Assembly: GCA_030604065.1 (NCBI GenBank)
Contig: JAUVWO010000001.1
Coordinates: forward strand, 1-41,446
Source of the DNA: Methanomassiliicoccales archaeon
GTDB lineage: Archaea > Thermoplasmatota > Thermoplasmata > Methanomassiliicoccales > JAUVWO01
DNA length: 41,446 nt
Reading direction: 5' to 3'
In this document: piece after piece, positions 9,407-19,452 of the stretch
Numbering within the stretch: position 1 is the first letter of the stretch
Layout: each line of letters begins with the position of its first letter
The notes under the pieces: generated by a model
The model's database searches: none
Told to the model about the DNA's origin: nothing
What the model saw: the letters and a program-made list of their open reading frames with translations, nothing else
Made by a program: the position numbers and the translations under genes

Positions 9407-9859
9407 ATGATGGAGAGGACCTACGTCATGATCAAGCCAGACGCTATGCAGCGTGGGCTGATGGGTGACATCCTGTCCCGCTTCGAGGCTCGCGGGCTCA
9501 AGCCCGTGGCCGTGAAGCTCATGCGCATACCCCGTGAGCTGGCCGAGCGCCACTATGGGGAGCACAAGGGCAAGAGCTTCTTCGACCCGCTGATCGAGTA
9601 TATCACATCCGGCCCCTGTCTGTGCATGGTCTGGGAGGGCGACAACGCCATCCAGGCCTGCAGGCAGATGATGGGCAAGACCAACCCCCAGGACGCTGCT
9701 CCCGGCACCGTCCGCGGGGACCTGGCCCTGCAGACCGGTAGGAACCTCATCCATGGTTCCGATTCCCCGGAGAGCGCCAGGCGGGAGATCGAGCTCTTCT
9801 TCAACGATTACGAGCTCGTCACCTACGAGCGCACCATGGATATCTGGATGTACGAGTGA
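9407..9859 (+). CDS. ndk: Nucleoside diphosphate kinase
   Basis: [31 protein letters not shown] catalytic His. Confidence 0.98.
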   Translation: MMERTYVMIKPDAMQRGLMGDILSRFEARGLKPVAVKLMRIPRELAERHYGEHKGKSFFDPLIEYITSGPCLCMVWEGDNAIQACRQMMGKTNPQDAAPGTVRGDLALQTGRNLIHGSDSPESARREIELFFNDYELVTYERTMDIWMYE

Positions 9860-9867
9860 TATCGTTC

Positions 9868-9891
9868 AAACCCCTTTTTCATTTATCATTT
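9868..9891 (+). terminator. Probable T-rich terminator after ndk
   Basis: aaacccctttttcatttatcattt directly after the stop. Confidence 0.55.
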
Positions 9892-9940
9892 CGTCGCAAG
9901 GCGCCCATGGAGGGCGATCAACAGGATCGGAGGACCATGC

Positions 9941-11692
9941 ATGACCACCAGGCAACCGATAGTGAGCGTGCTCGGGCACGTGGATCATGGAAAGACCATG
10001 CTCCTGGATCGTATCAGAGGTACGTCGGTGGTCTCGCGCGAGGCTGGTGCCATCACCCAGCAACTCGGTGCCACTGAGGTGCCCATAGATCACATATACG
10101 ATGTCTGCTCCCAGCTCATCAGCGAGCGGAACTTCACCGTGCCGGGGCTGCTGTTCATCGACACTCCGGGGCACCACTCGTTCACGACCCTGCGTGCTCG
10201 TGGCGGTTCGCTGGCCGACATGGCCATTCTGGTCATAGACGTGCGCGAGGGCCTGATGCCCCAGACGATCGAGTCCATACGTATACTGCGGCGTCTGAAG
10301 ACACCATTCATAATCGCTCTCAACAAGATCGACTCGATCCCTGGGTGGGAGTCGCAGCCGAATACACCATTCGTTCTGTCGGCACGCAAGCAGAGCGAGA
10401 GGGCCCTGCAGGAGCTGGATCTGAAGCTTTACAACATCATCGGTCGTCTTAACGAGGAGGACCTCAGTGCCGAGCGCTACGACCGCATCGGCGACTTCAC
10501 CAAGGCCATCGCCATGGTGCCCTTGTCGGCCAAGACCGGCGAGGGTGTGTCCGACCTGCTTCTGGTGCTCATCGGCCTGGCGCAACGGTTCCTAGAGGGC
10601 CAGCTGGAGATGGAAGAGCGCGGGCCTGGCCGCGGCACCATCCTGGAGATCAAGGAGGAGAAGGGACTCGGCCCCACCCTGGACGTCATCCTGTACGCTG
10701 GCACCCTGCGCAAAGGCGACAAGGTCGCCCTGGGCACTCGCTCCAAGCCGGTGGTGACCAGGATCAAGGCCATACTGAGGCCCAAGCCCCTTGATGAGAT
10801 CCGCGATCCCAGGGATCGTTTCGATCAGGTCAATGAGGTCTCCGCCGCCATCGGGGTCAAGCTCAGCTGCCAGCACATCGAGGGCGTCATGGCCGGAGGG
10901 CCGCTGCGGGTCATCCATGATAATGAGGACCAGGTGCTGGCGGAGATGACCGAGGAGACAAAGGTCAACATCAAGCTCTCCGATTCTGGTGTTATGATAA
11001 AGGCCGACGCCATAGGATCGCTAGAAGCGCTCGCATACGAGTGCGACGCCGCAGGCGTACTGATACGCAAGTCAGGGATCGGCGACGTGAGCCGCCGGGA
11101 CATCATCGAGACCTCGGCCTACGGCGATCCGTTCCACAAGGTCATACTGGCATTCAATGTGGCCGTCAATCCTGATGCCAAGGAGGCCATGCACGATGCG
11201 GACATGCACATGTTCGCCTCTGATATAGTCTACCGCATCATCGAGGACTTTCAGGAGTGGGAAGCCAAGGAACGGCGCAAGATAGATGATGAGAAACGTT
11301 CCAAGTTCGCTTTCCCAGGGAAGATGATGATCATGCCCAACCACGTGTTTCGAGCGAGCAAGCCAGCGATCGTGGGCGTTCGAGTGCTCTCCGGTCGGAT
11401 CCGGCCGGGGCAGAGGCTGGTCGGCGTGGATGGACGTGACCTTGGGCGGATCCGAAGCATCAGGGACGGCGAGGAGCCGATGCGCGAGGCCAAGCAGGGC
11501 GCTGAGGTGGCGGTGGCCATAGAGGGGATCACCATCGGGCGCCAGGTGGATGCGGAAGGCATACTCTACGTGGATCTGATGGAGACCGCGGCCAAGGAGC
11601 TTCGTAGTTACGATCTCAACGCCGATGAGGCCATGACCTTGGATGAATTATTGGTCATCAAGCGCAAGCAGGATCCGTTCTGGGCCATGTGA
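9941..11692 (+). CDS. infB: Translation initiation factor aIF5B (archaeal IF-2)
   Basis: [40 protein letters not shown]-terminal PFWAM. Confidence 0.98.
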   Translation: MTTRQPIVSVLGHVDHGKTMLLDRIRGTSVVSREAGAITQQLGATEVPIDHIYDVCSQLISERNFTVPGLLFIDTPGHHSFTTLRARGGSLADMAILVIDVREGLMPQTIESIRILRRLKTPFIIALNKIDSIPGWESQPNTPFVLSARKQSERALQELDLKLYNIIGRLNEEDLSAERYDRIGDFTKAIAMVPLSAKTGEGVSDLLLVLIGLAQRFLEGQLEMEERGPGRGTILEIKEEKGLGPTLDVILYAGTLRKGDKVALGTRSKPVVTRIKAILRPKPLDEIRDPRDRFDQVNEVSAAIGVKLSCQHIEGVMAGGPLRVIHDNEDQVLAEMTEETKVNIKLSDSGVMIKADAIGSLEALAYECDAAGVLIRKSGIGDVSRRDIIETSAYGDPFHKVILAFNVAVNPDAKEAMHDADMHMFASDIVYRIIEDFQEWEAKERRKIDDEKRSKFAFPGKMMIMPNHVFRASKPAIVGVRVLSGRIRPGQRLVGVDGRDLGRIRSIRDGEEPMREAKQGAEVAVAIEGITIGRQVDAEGILYVDLMETAAKELRSYDLNADEAMTLDELLVIKRKQDPFWAM

Positions 11693-11816
11693 TGTCCGGT
11701 AATTGATCACGGTCCTGTCAAGAATCCAGATCGGATGGCCCTGCTCGATCATGTCTGATGGGAATGAATGCCTTGGACATCCATCGCATATCGGTCTGAT
11801 GGGATCAATTATCGTT

Positions 11817-12027
11817 CTATGAACGAGTGGACCGGTCCTGATACCCAAGAAGGAATATGAAAAATCCGATCAAGGTCACGCAATTGCTGATGGCGAACAT
11901 CAACACATAGTCCCATATGCAAGTCCCCGTACGTATAAAGATAATGATATAGCATGCCTTCTAAGGCTATACTGCTGAAGAATATGCCTAGGAGGGAAAG
12001 ACTGATACCGATAATTGCTTTTTTCAT
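11817..12027 (-). pseudogene. Small 2-TM membrane protein, apparently frameshifted near 11920
   Basis: N-terminal TM MKKAIIGISLSLLGIFFSSIAL; a second TM IWDYVLMFAISNCVTLIGFFIFLLGYQDRSTRS* lies in a different frame and ends at TAG 11817-11819; AT-rich. Confidence 0.55.
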
Positions 12028-12274
12028 ATGGACTCCAGTACCTTATGCTCAATTTCATTCATATGGGTTACACTGACATCATGCACATTTGTTGATAGTA
12101 TATTCAAAATATCGTTAAGTTCTTGAAGGCGCTGAGAATGACCACGCCGCCTTCTCCTTCGATCCCAGAAAAGATAACGGATGAGATGTGTGCTTCAGGC
12201 CCTAATCCAGTACTGTTGGAGACCAAAACCTATTTATCATACAGTTCGTTAAAGGCGTACTTCAAGGTGTCAGT

Positions 12275-12676
12275 ATGGTTGAATTTAAGGCTGTCATCAA
12301 CGATGTCCAGGCGGGCAAATCCTTCAACGTGGAGGTCGCAGGACATCATGCCAACTCCCTTCTGGGACGAAATATTGGGGAGGAGATCGACGGCATCTTC
12401 GTGGGCCTCCCCGGTTTCAAGCTTATGATCACTGGTGGCTCGGACAAGGACGGAGTGCCCATGAGGAAGGACCTCCCGGGGCAGCGACGACGCAAGATCC
12501 TGCTATCCGAGAGCCTGGGTTTCCACCCTAAATACGGTGGTGAGCGTCGCCGCAAGACCCTCTGTGGGAACCAGGTGTCCCCCGATATAATCCAGGTCAA
12601 CATGAAGGTGACCCAGTATGGCTCCAAGGGGCTTGAGGAGACGTTGAACGCTTCCGAGGGAACAGAGGACAACTAA
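12275..12676 (+). CDS. rps6e: 30S ribosomal protein S6e
   Basis: [33 protein letters not shown]. Confidence 0.97.
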   Translation: MVEFKAVINDVQAGKSFNVEVAGHHANSLLGRNIGEEIDGIFVGLPGFKLMITGGSDKDGVPMRKDLPGQRRRKILLSESLGFHPKYGGERRRKTLCGNQVSPDIIQVNMKVTQYGSKGLEETLNASEGTEDN

Positions 12677-13908
12677 TGAAGGTCCCTGCCCAGCCCCAGG
12701 TCAACATTGGCATGATCGGTCATGTCGATCACGGCAAGACCACTTTGACCAAGGCCCTCAGCGGTGAGTGGACGGACCGTCACTCCGAGGAGATCCGAAG
12801 GGGCATCTCCATAAGGCTGGGCTACGCGGACGTCGCCTTCTACAAGTGCACCGAGTGCGAGGGGTCGGTGGCGTACACGAACAAGACCAAGTGTCCCAAC
12901 TGCGGCGCCAAGGCCAAGTTCACCCGGGCGGTATCCTTCGTGGACTCCCCGGGTCACGAGACCCTCATGGCCACCATGCTGTCCGGCGCGGCGCTCATGA
13001 ACGGCGCCCTGCTGTTGATCGCGGCCAACGAGGATTGCCCCCAGCCTCAGACCAAGGAGCACCTGATGGCCCTGACCATCATTGGTGTGGATGATATCAT
13101 CATCGTCCAGAACAAGATCGACATCGTGACCCGCGATGAGGCCATGAAGAACTACCGCCAGATAAAGGAGTTCGTCAAGGGCACCATCGCCGAGAACGCG
13201 CCCATCATTCCCGTATCGGCGCATCACGACGTCAACATCGACAAGCTCATCGAGACCATTGAGACCCATATCAGTCCCAATGACCGCAACCCCAAGGCCC
13301 CGGCCAAGATGTACGTGGCACGGAGCTTCGATATCAACACCCCTGGTTCCATTCCCGACGAGCTCAAGGGCGGAGTTATCGGTGGCAGTCTCATGGAGGG
13401 TACGCTGAAGGTGGGTGATGAGATCGAGGTATCCCCCGGTCGCAAGGTCGAGGTCAGTGGCAAGGTCTCGTGGGAGCGGATAACCACCAACGTGGACTCG
13501 CTGCACGCGGGGGGTAAGAGCAAGAAGAAGGTCAACCCCGGAGGCCTCATCGCAATCGGTACCAAGCTCGATCCCTCGTTCACCAAGTCCGATGGGCTCA
13601 CCGGCCGTATGGTCGGGAAGCCGGGCACACTGCCGCCCATGGTCCACAACTTTGACATGGAGACCCACCTGCTGGACAGGGTGGTAGGCAGCGCCGATGA
13701 GATCACGGTGGAGGACATCAAGACCAATGAGCCGCTGATGCTCTCAGTTGGCACGGCGACCACCGTGGGCATCGTGAAATCCGCCCGCCAGGAGGTCGCC
13801 GAGGTCCATCTCAAGATCCCGGTGTGTGCGGAGAAGGGTCAGCGGGTGGCCATATCCCGACGTATATCGGGCAAGTGGCGTCTCATCGGGCACGGTATCA
13901 TCCAGTGA
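12676..13908 (+). CDS. eif2g: Translation initiation factor aIF2 gamma subunit
   Basis: [33 protein letters not shown], zinc CxxC pairs, DSPGHE, QNKID, WRLIG. Confidence 0.98.
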   Translation: MKVPAQPQVNIGMIGHVDHGKTTLTKALSGEWTDRHSEEIRRGISIRLGYADVAFYKCTECEGSVAYTNKTKCPNCGAKAKFTRAVSFVDSPGHETLMATMLSGAALMNGALLLIAANEDCPQPQTKEHLMALTIIGVDDIIIVQNKIDIVTRDEAMKNYRQIKEFVKGTIAENAPIIPVSAHHDVNIDKLIETIETHISPNDRNPKAPAKMYVARSFDINTPGSIPDELKGGVIGGSLMEGTLKVGDEIEVSPGRKVEVSGKVSWERITTNVDSLHAGGKSKKKVNPGGLIAIGTKLDPSFTKSDGLTGRMVGKPGTLPPMVHNFDMETHLLDRVVGSADEITVEDIKTNEPLMLSVGTATTVGIVKSARQEVAEVHLKIPVCAEKGQRVAISRRISGKWRLIGHGIIQ

Positions 13909-13909
13909 C

Positions 13910-14263
13910 ATGCAGCGCGTGATACTGGACACCAATGCTCTTCTAATGCCCTTTGAGGTCCGTATCAACATCGACCTCCAGCTCCAGCGCCTGATCGGCG
14001 ACTTCGAGGGGTTGGTGCCCACGCCGCTGCTGGGCGAGTTGCGCCGTAGCAAGAACCGTCATGCCGGGGCGGCCCTTGCATTGGCCGCCAAGTATCGCCA
14101 CTGTCGCACGGATGCCAAGGGTGATGATGCGGTGGTCGAGCTGGCTCTTCGCACCGGCGCCTATGTGCTGACCAACGACAAGGAGCTGCGGCAGCGTCTC
14201 AAGGTCTGCGGCGTCAAGGTGATCTTCCTGCGCTCCAACAGCCATTTGATGCTCGATCCCTGA
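13910..14263 (+). CDS. PIN-domain ribonuclease (Fcf1/Utp24-like)
   Basis: VILDTNALL, GDDAVV, TNDKELR; conserved position after aIF2gamma; ATG at 13910. Confidence 0.88.
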   Translation: MQRVILDTNALLMPFEVRINIDLQLQRLIGDFEGLVPTPLLGELRRSKNRHAGAALALAAKYRHCRTDAKGDDAVVELALRTGAYVLTNDKELRQRLKVCGVKVIFLRSNSHLMLDP

Positions 14264-14264
14264 T

Positions 14265-15083
14265 TCATAATAACGGATGAGGCGGGTCCTCTTCCCCCGT
14301 GGTCGGGGACTTGCCGATCTGCTCTAGGCGCAGCAGCATCAATCGTTGCCCTCTCTCGCTGGCCGCATACACCGGTACGCCGCTTCCGACCTGCAGCAGC
14401 GCCCTGCGACGGCCCACTTCTCTTATGGTCCGCGAGGCGCAGGCGGTGACGATGTCAGCAACGTCAAAGAAGGTCTCCGCCTCACTTAGGGTCCGTCCAC
14501 TGGTGTGCACTGCGAATATGAGCGGATCTGGGCCGAAACGCTCCCTGATGGCGAGAGCATCCTTCTCAAGAGCGACGGTCACCGCGATGCGCTTGTAACC
14601 CAGCCTTTGCGCTAGGGCCACGCCCTCCACTTGGTCGATGGCCGCACTCTCTGGATCGAGCACGTGATCCTCGCCTACAGCAGCGATGACCTCGGGTATG
14701 GGCGATGTTTCCACTATGCCGGAGATACGTCCACCGATCCCCTGCACCATGTCCGGCCGGTCGACAACCACCGTGCCGGTACCATCACATACCAGGACGC
14801 CGCAGTCCAACTCTCCCATCTCCACTGCCATGGCGGTTATCTCGGAGATGCCGAACGACAGGAAGTAATCCATGCTCATCACCCGGTCAGGGGTGCACAT
14901 GCCGAAGTCTGCGATGCGGAACTCGATGTTCTTGCGTACCGCATCGATGTCGATGCTCTCGAGACCACGATGACGATAGAACAACGGGCAGTAGCTGACC
15001 TCCGGGGCCGTGACCTCTATCACCTTGCCGTCCTCGATGACCACCCTGCACATTCCCATGGCTTCCATGACGTGTCTGCCCAT
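14265..15083 (-). CDS. DUF2099 / methanogenesis marker 8 protein
   Basis: HVMEAMG.CRVVIEDGKV...CPLF, NIEFRIADFGMCT, VCDGTGTV, VQGIGGRISG.VETSPI, HTSG, DIVTACAS. Confidence 0.85.
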   Translation of the reverse strand: MGRHVMEAMGMCRVVIEDGKVIEVTAPEVSYCPLFYRHRGLESIDIDAVRKNIEFRIADFGMCTPDRVMSMDYFLSFGISEITAMAVEMGELDCGVLVCDGTGTVVVDRPDMVQGIGGRISGIVETSPIPEVIAAVGEDHVLDPESAAIDQVEGVALAQRLGYKRIAVTVALEKDALAIRERFGPDPLIFAVHTSGRTLSEAETFFDVADIVTACASRTIREVGRRRALLQVGSGVPVYAASERGQRLMLLRLEQIGKSPTTGEEDPPHPLL

Positions 15084-15200
15084 GGTTTAAGAAACACCAT
15101 TTTGGCAGAAATATCTTTCCTGGTCGATCGGAATGATCATTACCACCATATTCTCGGGCCAACCACTGTCAGGGTATTCATTAAGTACTTTCTGTGTAAA

Positions 15201-15216
15201 TACCATTATATTGGTA
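15201..15216. promoter_or_regulatory. Palindromic operator candidate (TACCA-N6-TGGTA) upstream of ribK/RbkR
   Basis: taccattatattggta lies just downstream of TATA-like ttaagta (15181) and 27 bp before the ATG. Confidence 0.55.
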
Positions 15217-15243
15217 CATCATAGTGCCCTATGAGGCGGGCAA

Positions 15244-15912
15244 ATGAACGAGAAATACATTTACGCATTACGGAAGATCGCGCTTCTGGGTGGTCTACAG
15301 GACTACATCGCCATATCATCCCGGGAGCTAGGTGACAAGCTGAAAATGAGCCAGCAGTCAGCCTCTAAGCGTATCCTTGAGCTCCTGGACGCAGGCCTGA
15401 TCCAAAGGGATCTAGGAGCCCGCAGGCAGCGGATAAGGTTGACGGACAAGGGCGTCGACATGCTGCGTCGCGAGTATCTCGAGTACCAGAAGATCTTCGA
15501 GATGCGGGACCACGTAACCCTCAAGGGAATAATCGCCACAGGGATGGGCGAGGGCAAGTACTACATGAATCAGGAGTGCTATGCGGACCAGATCAAGGAT
15601 AACTTTGACTTCCGCCCCTATGAGGGCACTCTGAACATCATGATCAACCAGATCGACATGTCCAAGCTGGAGGTCATCCGCGCCGGTGAGGGCGCAAGGC
15701 TGATCAAAGGTTTCACCCAGGATGGTCGGACCTTCGGTGACGTTAGTGCCTACAAGGCCAAGATCCAGAACATCAACTGCGCCGTGGTGGTGCCAGAGCG
15801 TTCGCACTACGAGAACATCATCGAGATAGTGTGCCAGTACCATCTGCGGCGGACCCTAGGCCTCAGGGACGGCGACCCGGTCACGGTGCAGGTATCATTG
15901 GAGGGCCATTAG
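15244..15912 (+). CDS. ribK: CTP-dependent riboflavin kinase with N-terminal winged HTH (RbkR)
   Basis: SSRELG..LKMSQQSASKRI HTH; GMGEGKYY, PYEGTLN, GRTFG, PERSHY, LR..LGLRDGD. Confidence 0.93.
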   Translation: MNEKYIYALRKIALLGGLQDYIAISSRELGDKLKMSQQSASKRILELLDAGLIQRDLGARRQRIRLTDKGVDMLRREYLEYQKIFEMRDHVTLKGIIATGMGEGKYYMNQECYADQIKDNFDFRPYEGTLNIMINQIDMSKLEVIRAGEGARLIKGFTQDGRTFGDVSAYKAKIQNINCAVVVPERSHYENIIEIVCQYHLRRTLGLRDGDPVTVQVSLEGH

Positions 15913-16014
15913 GCCCTGTGTTCTAGAATGGGCTCCCTTGGAGTATCAAGGCGATATGCGCACTAAACGTCGAGGGAGGCCATCATTTCCATTTTCAACG
16001 AATAGTCGATCGAC

Positions 16015-16821
16015 TCAGTTTCGTCCGACCACGGCCCTGAACAGCCTCAAACCATCGCCGTCGTCACCGTCACGTCCACGGGTCCACTCTGGGTAGTTGA
16101 ATCGGGTCATGGCTCGCTCTGGGTGTGGCATCAGGCCCAGGACGTTGCCTTCGGGGTTGCAGATACCGGCCACGTTGCCGGGCGAGCCGTTCGGATTCCA
16201 AGGGTATCCAGCCAGCTGGCCGTCCTCGTCCACATAACGGAATACGATCTGGTCGTTCTCGTCCAATCGTTCCAGGAATCGATCCTCCTCACCTGCGGGG
16301 AACTTGAGGTGGCCCTCCGCATGAGCCGAGGGGAACATGACCACATCGCCCATGCCAAGACCTGAGGTCCACACGCAGCTGCCCCGGTTGTCCATGCGCA
16401 GCAGGGTGGGCCGACACTCGAACCGGTCGGAGTCGTTGGTGTATAGCGCCACCTGCGGCTGGGGGGCCATGACCTCGTCGAAGGCTGGCCGCAGCCCTAG
16501 CTCCACCAATATCTGGAATCCATTGCAGATGCCGATCACCGGCCGTCCCTGGGTCACGAAGTCCCGCAGCTGGGTACCAAGGCTGGCCTTCATGCGGGCG
16601 GCGAATATCGCCCCAGCGCGTATGTAATCGCCGGCGGAGAACCCGCCCGGTAGCGCCAGTATGTCGTAATCCATCAGGTCCCGACGCAGGTCCAGCGGTG
16701 CATGTCCGGTCAGCTGTTTCAGGTGCACCCTCTCCGGTTCGGCGCCCACCTTGTGGAAGGCGGCGAACGTCTCGTCCTCGCAGTTGGTACCTTCTATCCT
16801 CAGGATGCATACCTTCTTCAT
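16015..16821 (-). CDS. purQ: FGAM synthase glutaminase subunit
   Basis: GTNCEDE, PGGFSAGDY, GICNGFQIL, HAEG, NPNGS, GLMPHPER. Confidence 0.97.
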   Translation of the reverse strand: MKKVCILRIEGTNCEDETFAAFHKVGAEPERVHLKQLTGHAPLDLRRDLMDYDILALPGGFSAGDYIRAGAIFAARMKASLGTQLRDFVTQGRPVIGICNGFQILVELGLRPAFDEVMAPQPQVALYTNDSDRFECRPTLLRMDNRGSCVWTSGLGMGDVVMFPSAHAEGHLKFPAGEEDRFLERLDENDQIVFRYVDEDGQLAGYPWNPNGSPGNVAGICNPEGNVLGLMPHPERAMTRFNYPEWTRGRDGDDGDGLRLFRAVVGRN

Positions 16822-16825
16822 CCGA

Positions 16826-19141
16826 TCACCCCAGCATGGTAGCGAGGGATGTCCAGGCCTCCCTCATGGCCTCCAGTCCGAGCTTGAACCCGTCCTTCAC
16901 TGACAGCGTATCGCCGCTTACGGTGCCGATGCGCACCGCCAGCCCGTCCATGGCGGCCTCGAAGTCCGCCTCGCGGCCTTTGGCGACCTCTACAACCCAT
17001 CGGGTGTTGCTCTCGGAGAACAGCCTGACCGTCATCGGCAGATCGCCCATCGGTCGCAGGTCGATACTGGCCCCTATGGATCCACCGATGCACATCTCCG
17101 CCAATGCGATGGCCACGCCGCCGTCGGAACAGTCATGGCAGGCGGCCACCATGCCCGCGGACATGGCATCCATCATCAGGTCGATGCTGTGTTCAAGCAT
17201 ATCCACGTCCACGTCTGGCACCTTGCCCCCGCGGCCTCCGAAACGGCGGAACAGGGCGGAGGCTCCCATCTCGTCCCTGGTCTCGCCAACCAGGAAAAGA
17301 GCGCCGCCTTCAGCTTTGAGATCGGAAGTGACACAATGCCTCACATCCTCCACGATGCCAGTGCCAAGAAGCACCGGGGTCGGTAGGGCCACGCCGCCGG
17401 CGGATTCGTTGTAGAAGCTCACGTTGCCTGATGGAATAGGTATCGAAAGACGGCGACACACCTCACCAATGCCGCGCACCGCGTCTCTGAAGTCACCCAG
17501 CCTATCGGGCTTCTCTGGGTTGCCGAAGTTCAGGCAGTCGGTGATCGCATGAGGTCGCGCTCCAACACTGACCAGGTTGCGGCACACCTCGTCCACCGAG
17601 GCCATACCTCCATTGTATGGGTCCTCTGCGGTGTACCATGGATTGCAGCCCACCGCTATGCCCAGGCCGCGCCATGAGGACTCCACTGGCTTCATCACCG
17701 ATGCGTCGCCCGGCCCCTGCCGATTCATGCGTCCCTGCAGTGGCTTGATCACGGTGCTGGCGCGCACCTCGTGGTCATATTGTCTTATGGCCCATTCCTT
17801 GGAGGCTATGTTGGGTTCCCGCAGAAGTGAGAGCATGACATCGTCCAGCGCTGGCAGCTGCGGGAACTCCACACATTCAACAGTGGTAGGTTCACGAATG
17901 ACGAAAGGACGGCAGTACTCCGGCCCCGCGGTGACGAAGTTGAGATCCATGTGGTACACCACCTCGTCGCCCCAAATGAGCTTGACATGATGCCCCTCGA
18001 CCGCCTCGCCGATCACGGTGGCGGGCACGTCCCACAGGTCGAACATCTCCAAGATGCGGGGAACGTCCTCCTTGCGGGCGGCGAGCATCATGCGCTCCTG
18101 GGACTCGGAGACCCATACCTCCCATGGCACCACTCCCTCCTCCTTGAGCGGCACCCGGTCCAGGTGGACAACGGCGCCGCACCCGCCATCGAGGGCCATC
18201 TCGCCCACCACGCAGCTGAGGCCGCCTCCTCCCAGATCCTTCATACCGGTGATGAGGCCCATACGGTTGACATCCAGGCAGGCGTGGATGGTGGGTTCCT
18301 TCATGATCGGGTCGCCCAGCTGCACTGCGCCTCTAGATTCTTCCTCTGATTCCGCGGTCAGATCGGCAGAGGCGAACGTCACTCCATGAATTCCGTCCCT
18401 GCCGGTCCTGCCGCCACAGAGTATGAGCCTGTCGCCAACGCCGCCCACATGGTTGCGGGTTATCTCATCGCGCCGGGCGATCCCCACGCAGCCGACGTTG
18501 ACCAGGCAGTTGCCAGTGTAACGTTCGTCGAAGTAGATGCCTCCGGCAACCGTGGGCACGCCCACCCGGTTGCCGTAGTCGCGGATGCCTGAGACCACAC
18601 CGCGCAGCAGGTAGCGCGGGTGCTTCACCCCAGGAGGCACATCCAGATCCCGGTCGGGCTTGCCGAAGCATAGCGGATCGACCAGAGCGATTGGTTGAGC
18701 ACCCATGCACACCACGTCCCTGAGGATGCCGCCGATGCCGGTGGCCGCCCCGCCGTAGGGTTCGATGGCCGAGGGGTGGTTGTGACTCTCGATCCTCAGG
18801 GCGTAGGCGTGCTCGTCGTCAAAGGCCATCACCCCAGCGTCGCCCCTGGCCAGGACGTCTGGGTGATGGATGCTGAACACATTCTCCTTGAGTATGGTCC
18901 TTGAGCTTTTATAGCAGCAGTGCTCGCTCCAGGCCTGAGCCACGGACTGCAGCTCCACATCGCTGGGGATGCGACCGATGCGCAGGAAGTGCGACCGGAT
19001 GGTCCACATCTCCTCCAGGCTGAGCGACAGGCCCAGGGTGGAGGACAGCTCCTTGAGTTCCTGGTCTTCGGCTGAGAACAGGTCTATATCGTGGATGTCG
19101 AAGTCCACCGGCCTGCGTTTGAGAAGGTGGTCTATGGACAT
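16826..19141 (-). CDS. purL: FGAM synthase synthetase subunit
   Basis: QAWSEHCCYKSS, ESHNHPSAIEPYGGAATGIGG, TGRDGIHG, SESQERM, DCLNFGNPE, SGNVSFYN; start at MSIDH (19141). Confidence 0.97.
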   Translation of the reverse strand: MSIDHLLKRRPVDFDIHDIDLFSAEDQELKELSSTLGLSLSLEEMWTIRSHFLRIGRIPSDVELQSVAQAWSEHCCYKSSRTILKENVFSIHHPDVLARGDAGVMAFDDEHAYALRIESHNHPSAIEPYGGAATGIGGILRDVVCMGAQPIALVDPLCFGKPDRDLDVPPGVKHPRYLLRGVVSGIRDYGNRVGVPTVAGGIYFDERYTGNCLVNVGCVGIARRDEITRNHVGGVGDRLILCGGRTGRDGIHGVTFASADLTAESEEESRGAVQLGDPIMKEPTIHACLDVNRMGLITGMKDLGGGGLSCVVGEMALDGGCGAVVHLDRVPLKEEGVVPWEVWVSESQERMMLAARKEDVPRILEMFDLWDVPATVIGEAVEGHHVKLIWGDEVVYHMDLNFVTAGPEYCRPFVIREPTTVECVEFPQLPALDDVMLSLLREPNIASKEWAIRQYDHEVRASTVIKPLQGRMNRQGPGDASVMKPVESSWRGLGIAVGCNPWYTAEDPYNGGMASVDEVCRNLVSVGARPHAITDCLNFGNPEKPDRLGDFRDAVRGIGEVCRRLSIPIPSGNVSFYNESAGGVALPTPVLLGTGIVEDVRHCVTSDLKAEGGALFLVGETRDEMGASALFRRFGGRGGKVPDVDVDMLEHSIDLMMDAMSAGMVAACHDCSDGGVAIALAEMCIGGSIGASIDLRPMGDLPMTVRLFSESNTRWVVEVAKGREADFEAAMDGLAVRIGTVSGDTLSVKDGFKLGLEAMREAWTSLATMLG

Positions 19142-19146
19142 GGATC

Positions 19147-19386
19147 TCACTTTAATTCTATCTGGTAGTTCTGAATGACCGGGTTGGCCAGAAGCTTCCT
19201 GCACATGTTCTCGCACATCTGCAGAGCGCCATCACCCTCGGCGTCGAGGTCGATCTCGAAAACCTTGACCGTACGCACTGCTCTCACTCCCTCGAAGCCC
19301 AGCAGTTCCAGGGCCTTGAGAGTGTTCTGACCTTCGGGGTCGGTCACTCCATGCTTGAGTTCAATCCTGATATCAGCTATGACCAT
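19147..19386 (-). CDS. purS: FGAM synthase PurS subunit
   Basis: LKHGVTDPEG, MCRKLLANPVIQNY. Confidence 0.96.
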   Translation of the reverse strand: MVIADIRIELKHGVTDPEGQNTLKALELLGFEGVRAVRTVKVFEIDLDAEGDGALQMCENMCRKLLANPVIQNYQIELK

Positions 19387-19452
19387 GAACGCACCGTTGG
19401 ATAATCCGGGTAGCCTACTTATTTCCTTTGTCCTCGGAGTTCCTCAGCGGAA

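Noticed and set aside
11689..11799. Box C/D sRNA suggested by two CTGA boxes after infB
   Set aside because: No good RUGAUGA C box, and the spacing is too long for an archaeal C/D guide
12024..12190. Minus-strand open frame (RYLFWDRRRRRRGH...KVLESI*) overlapping the 2-TM gene start
   Set aside because: No convincing start codon or RBS and no recognisable motif
13910..14263. PIN protein as a VapC toxin
   Set aside because: No antitoxin gene; the position after aIF2gamma is the conserved housekeeping Fcf1/Utp24-like context
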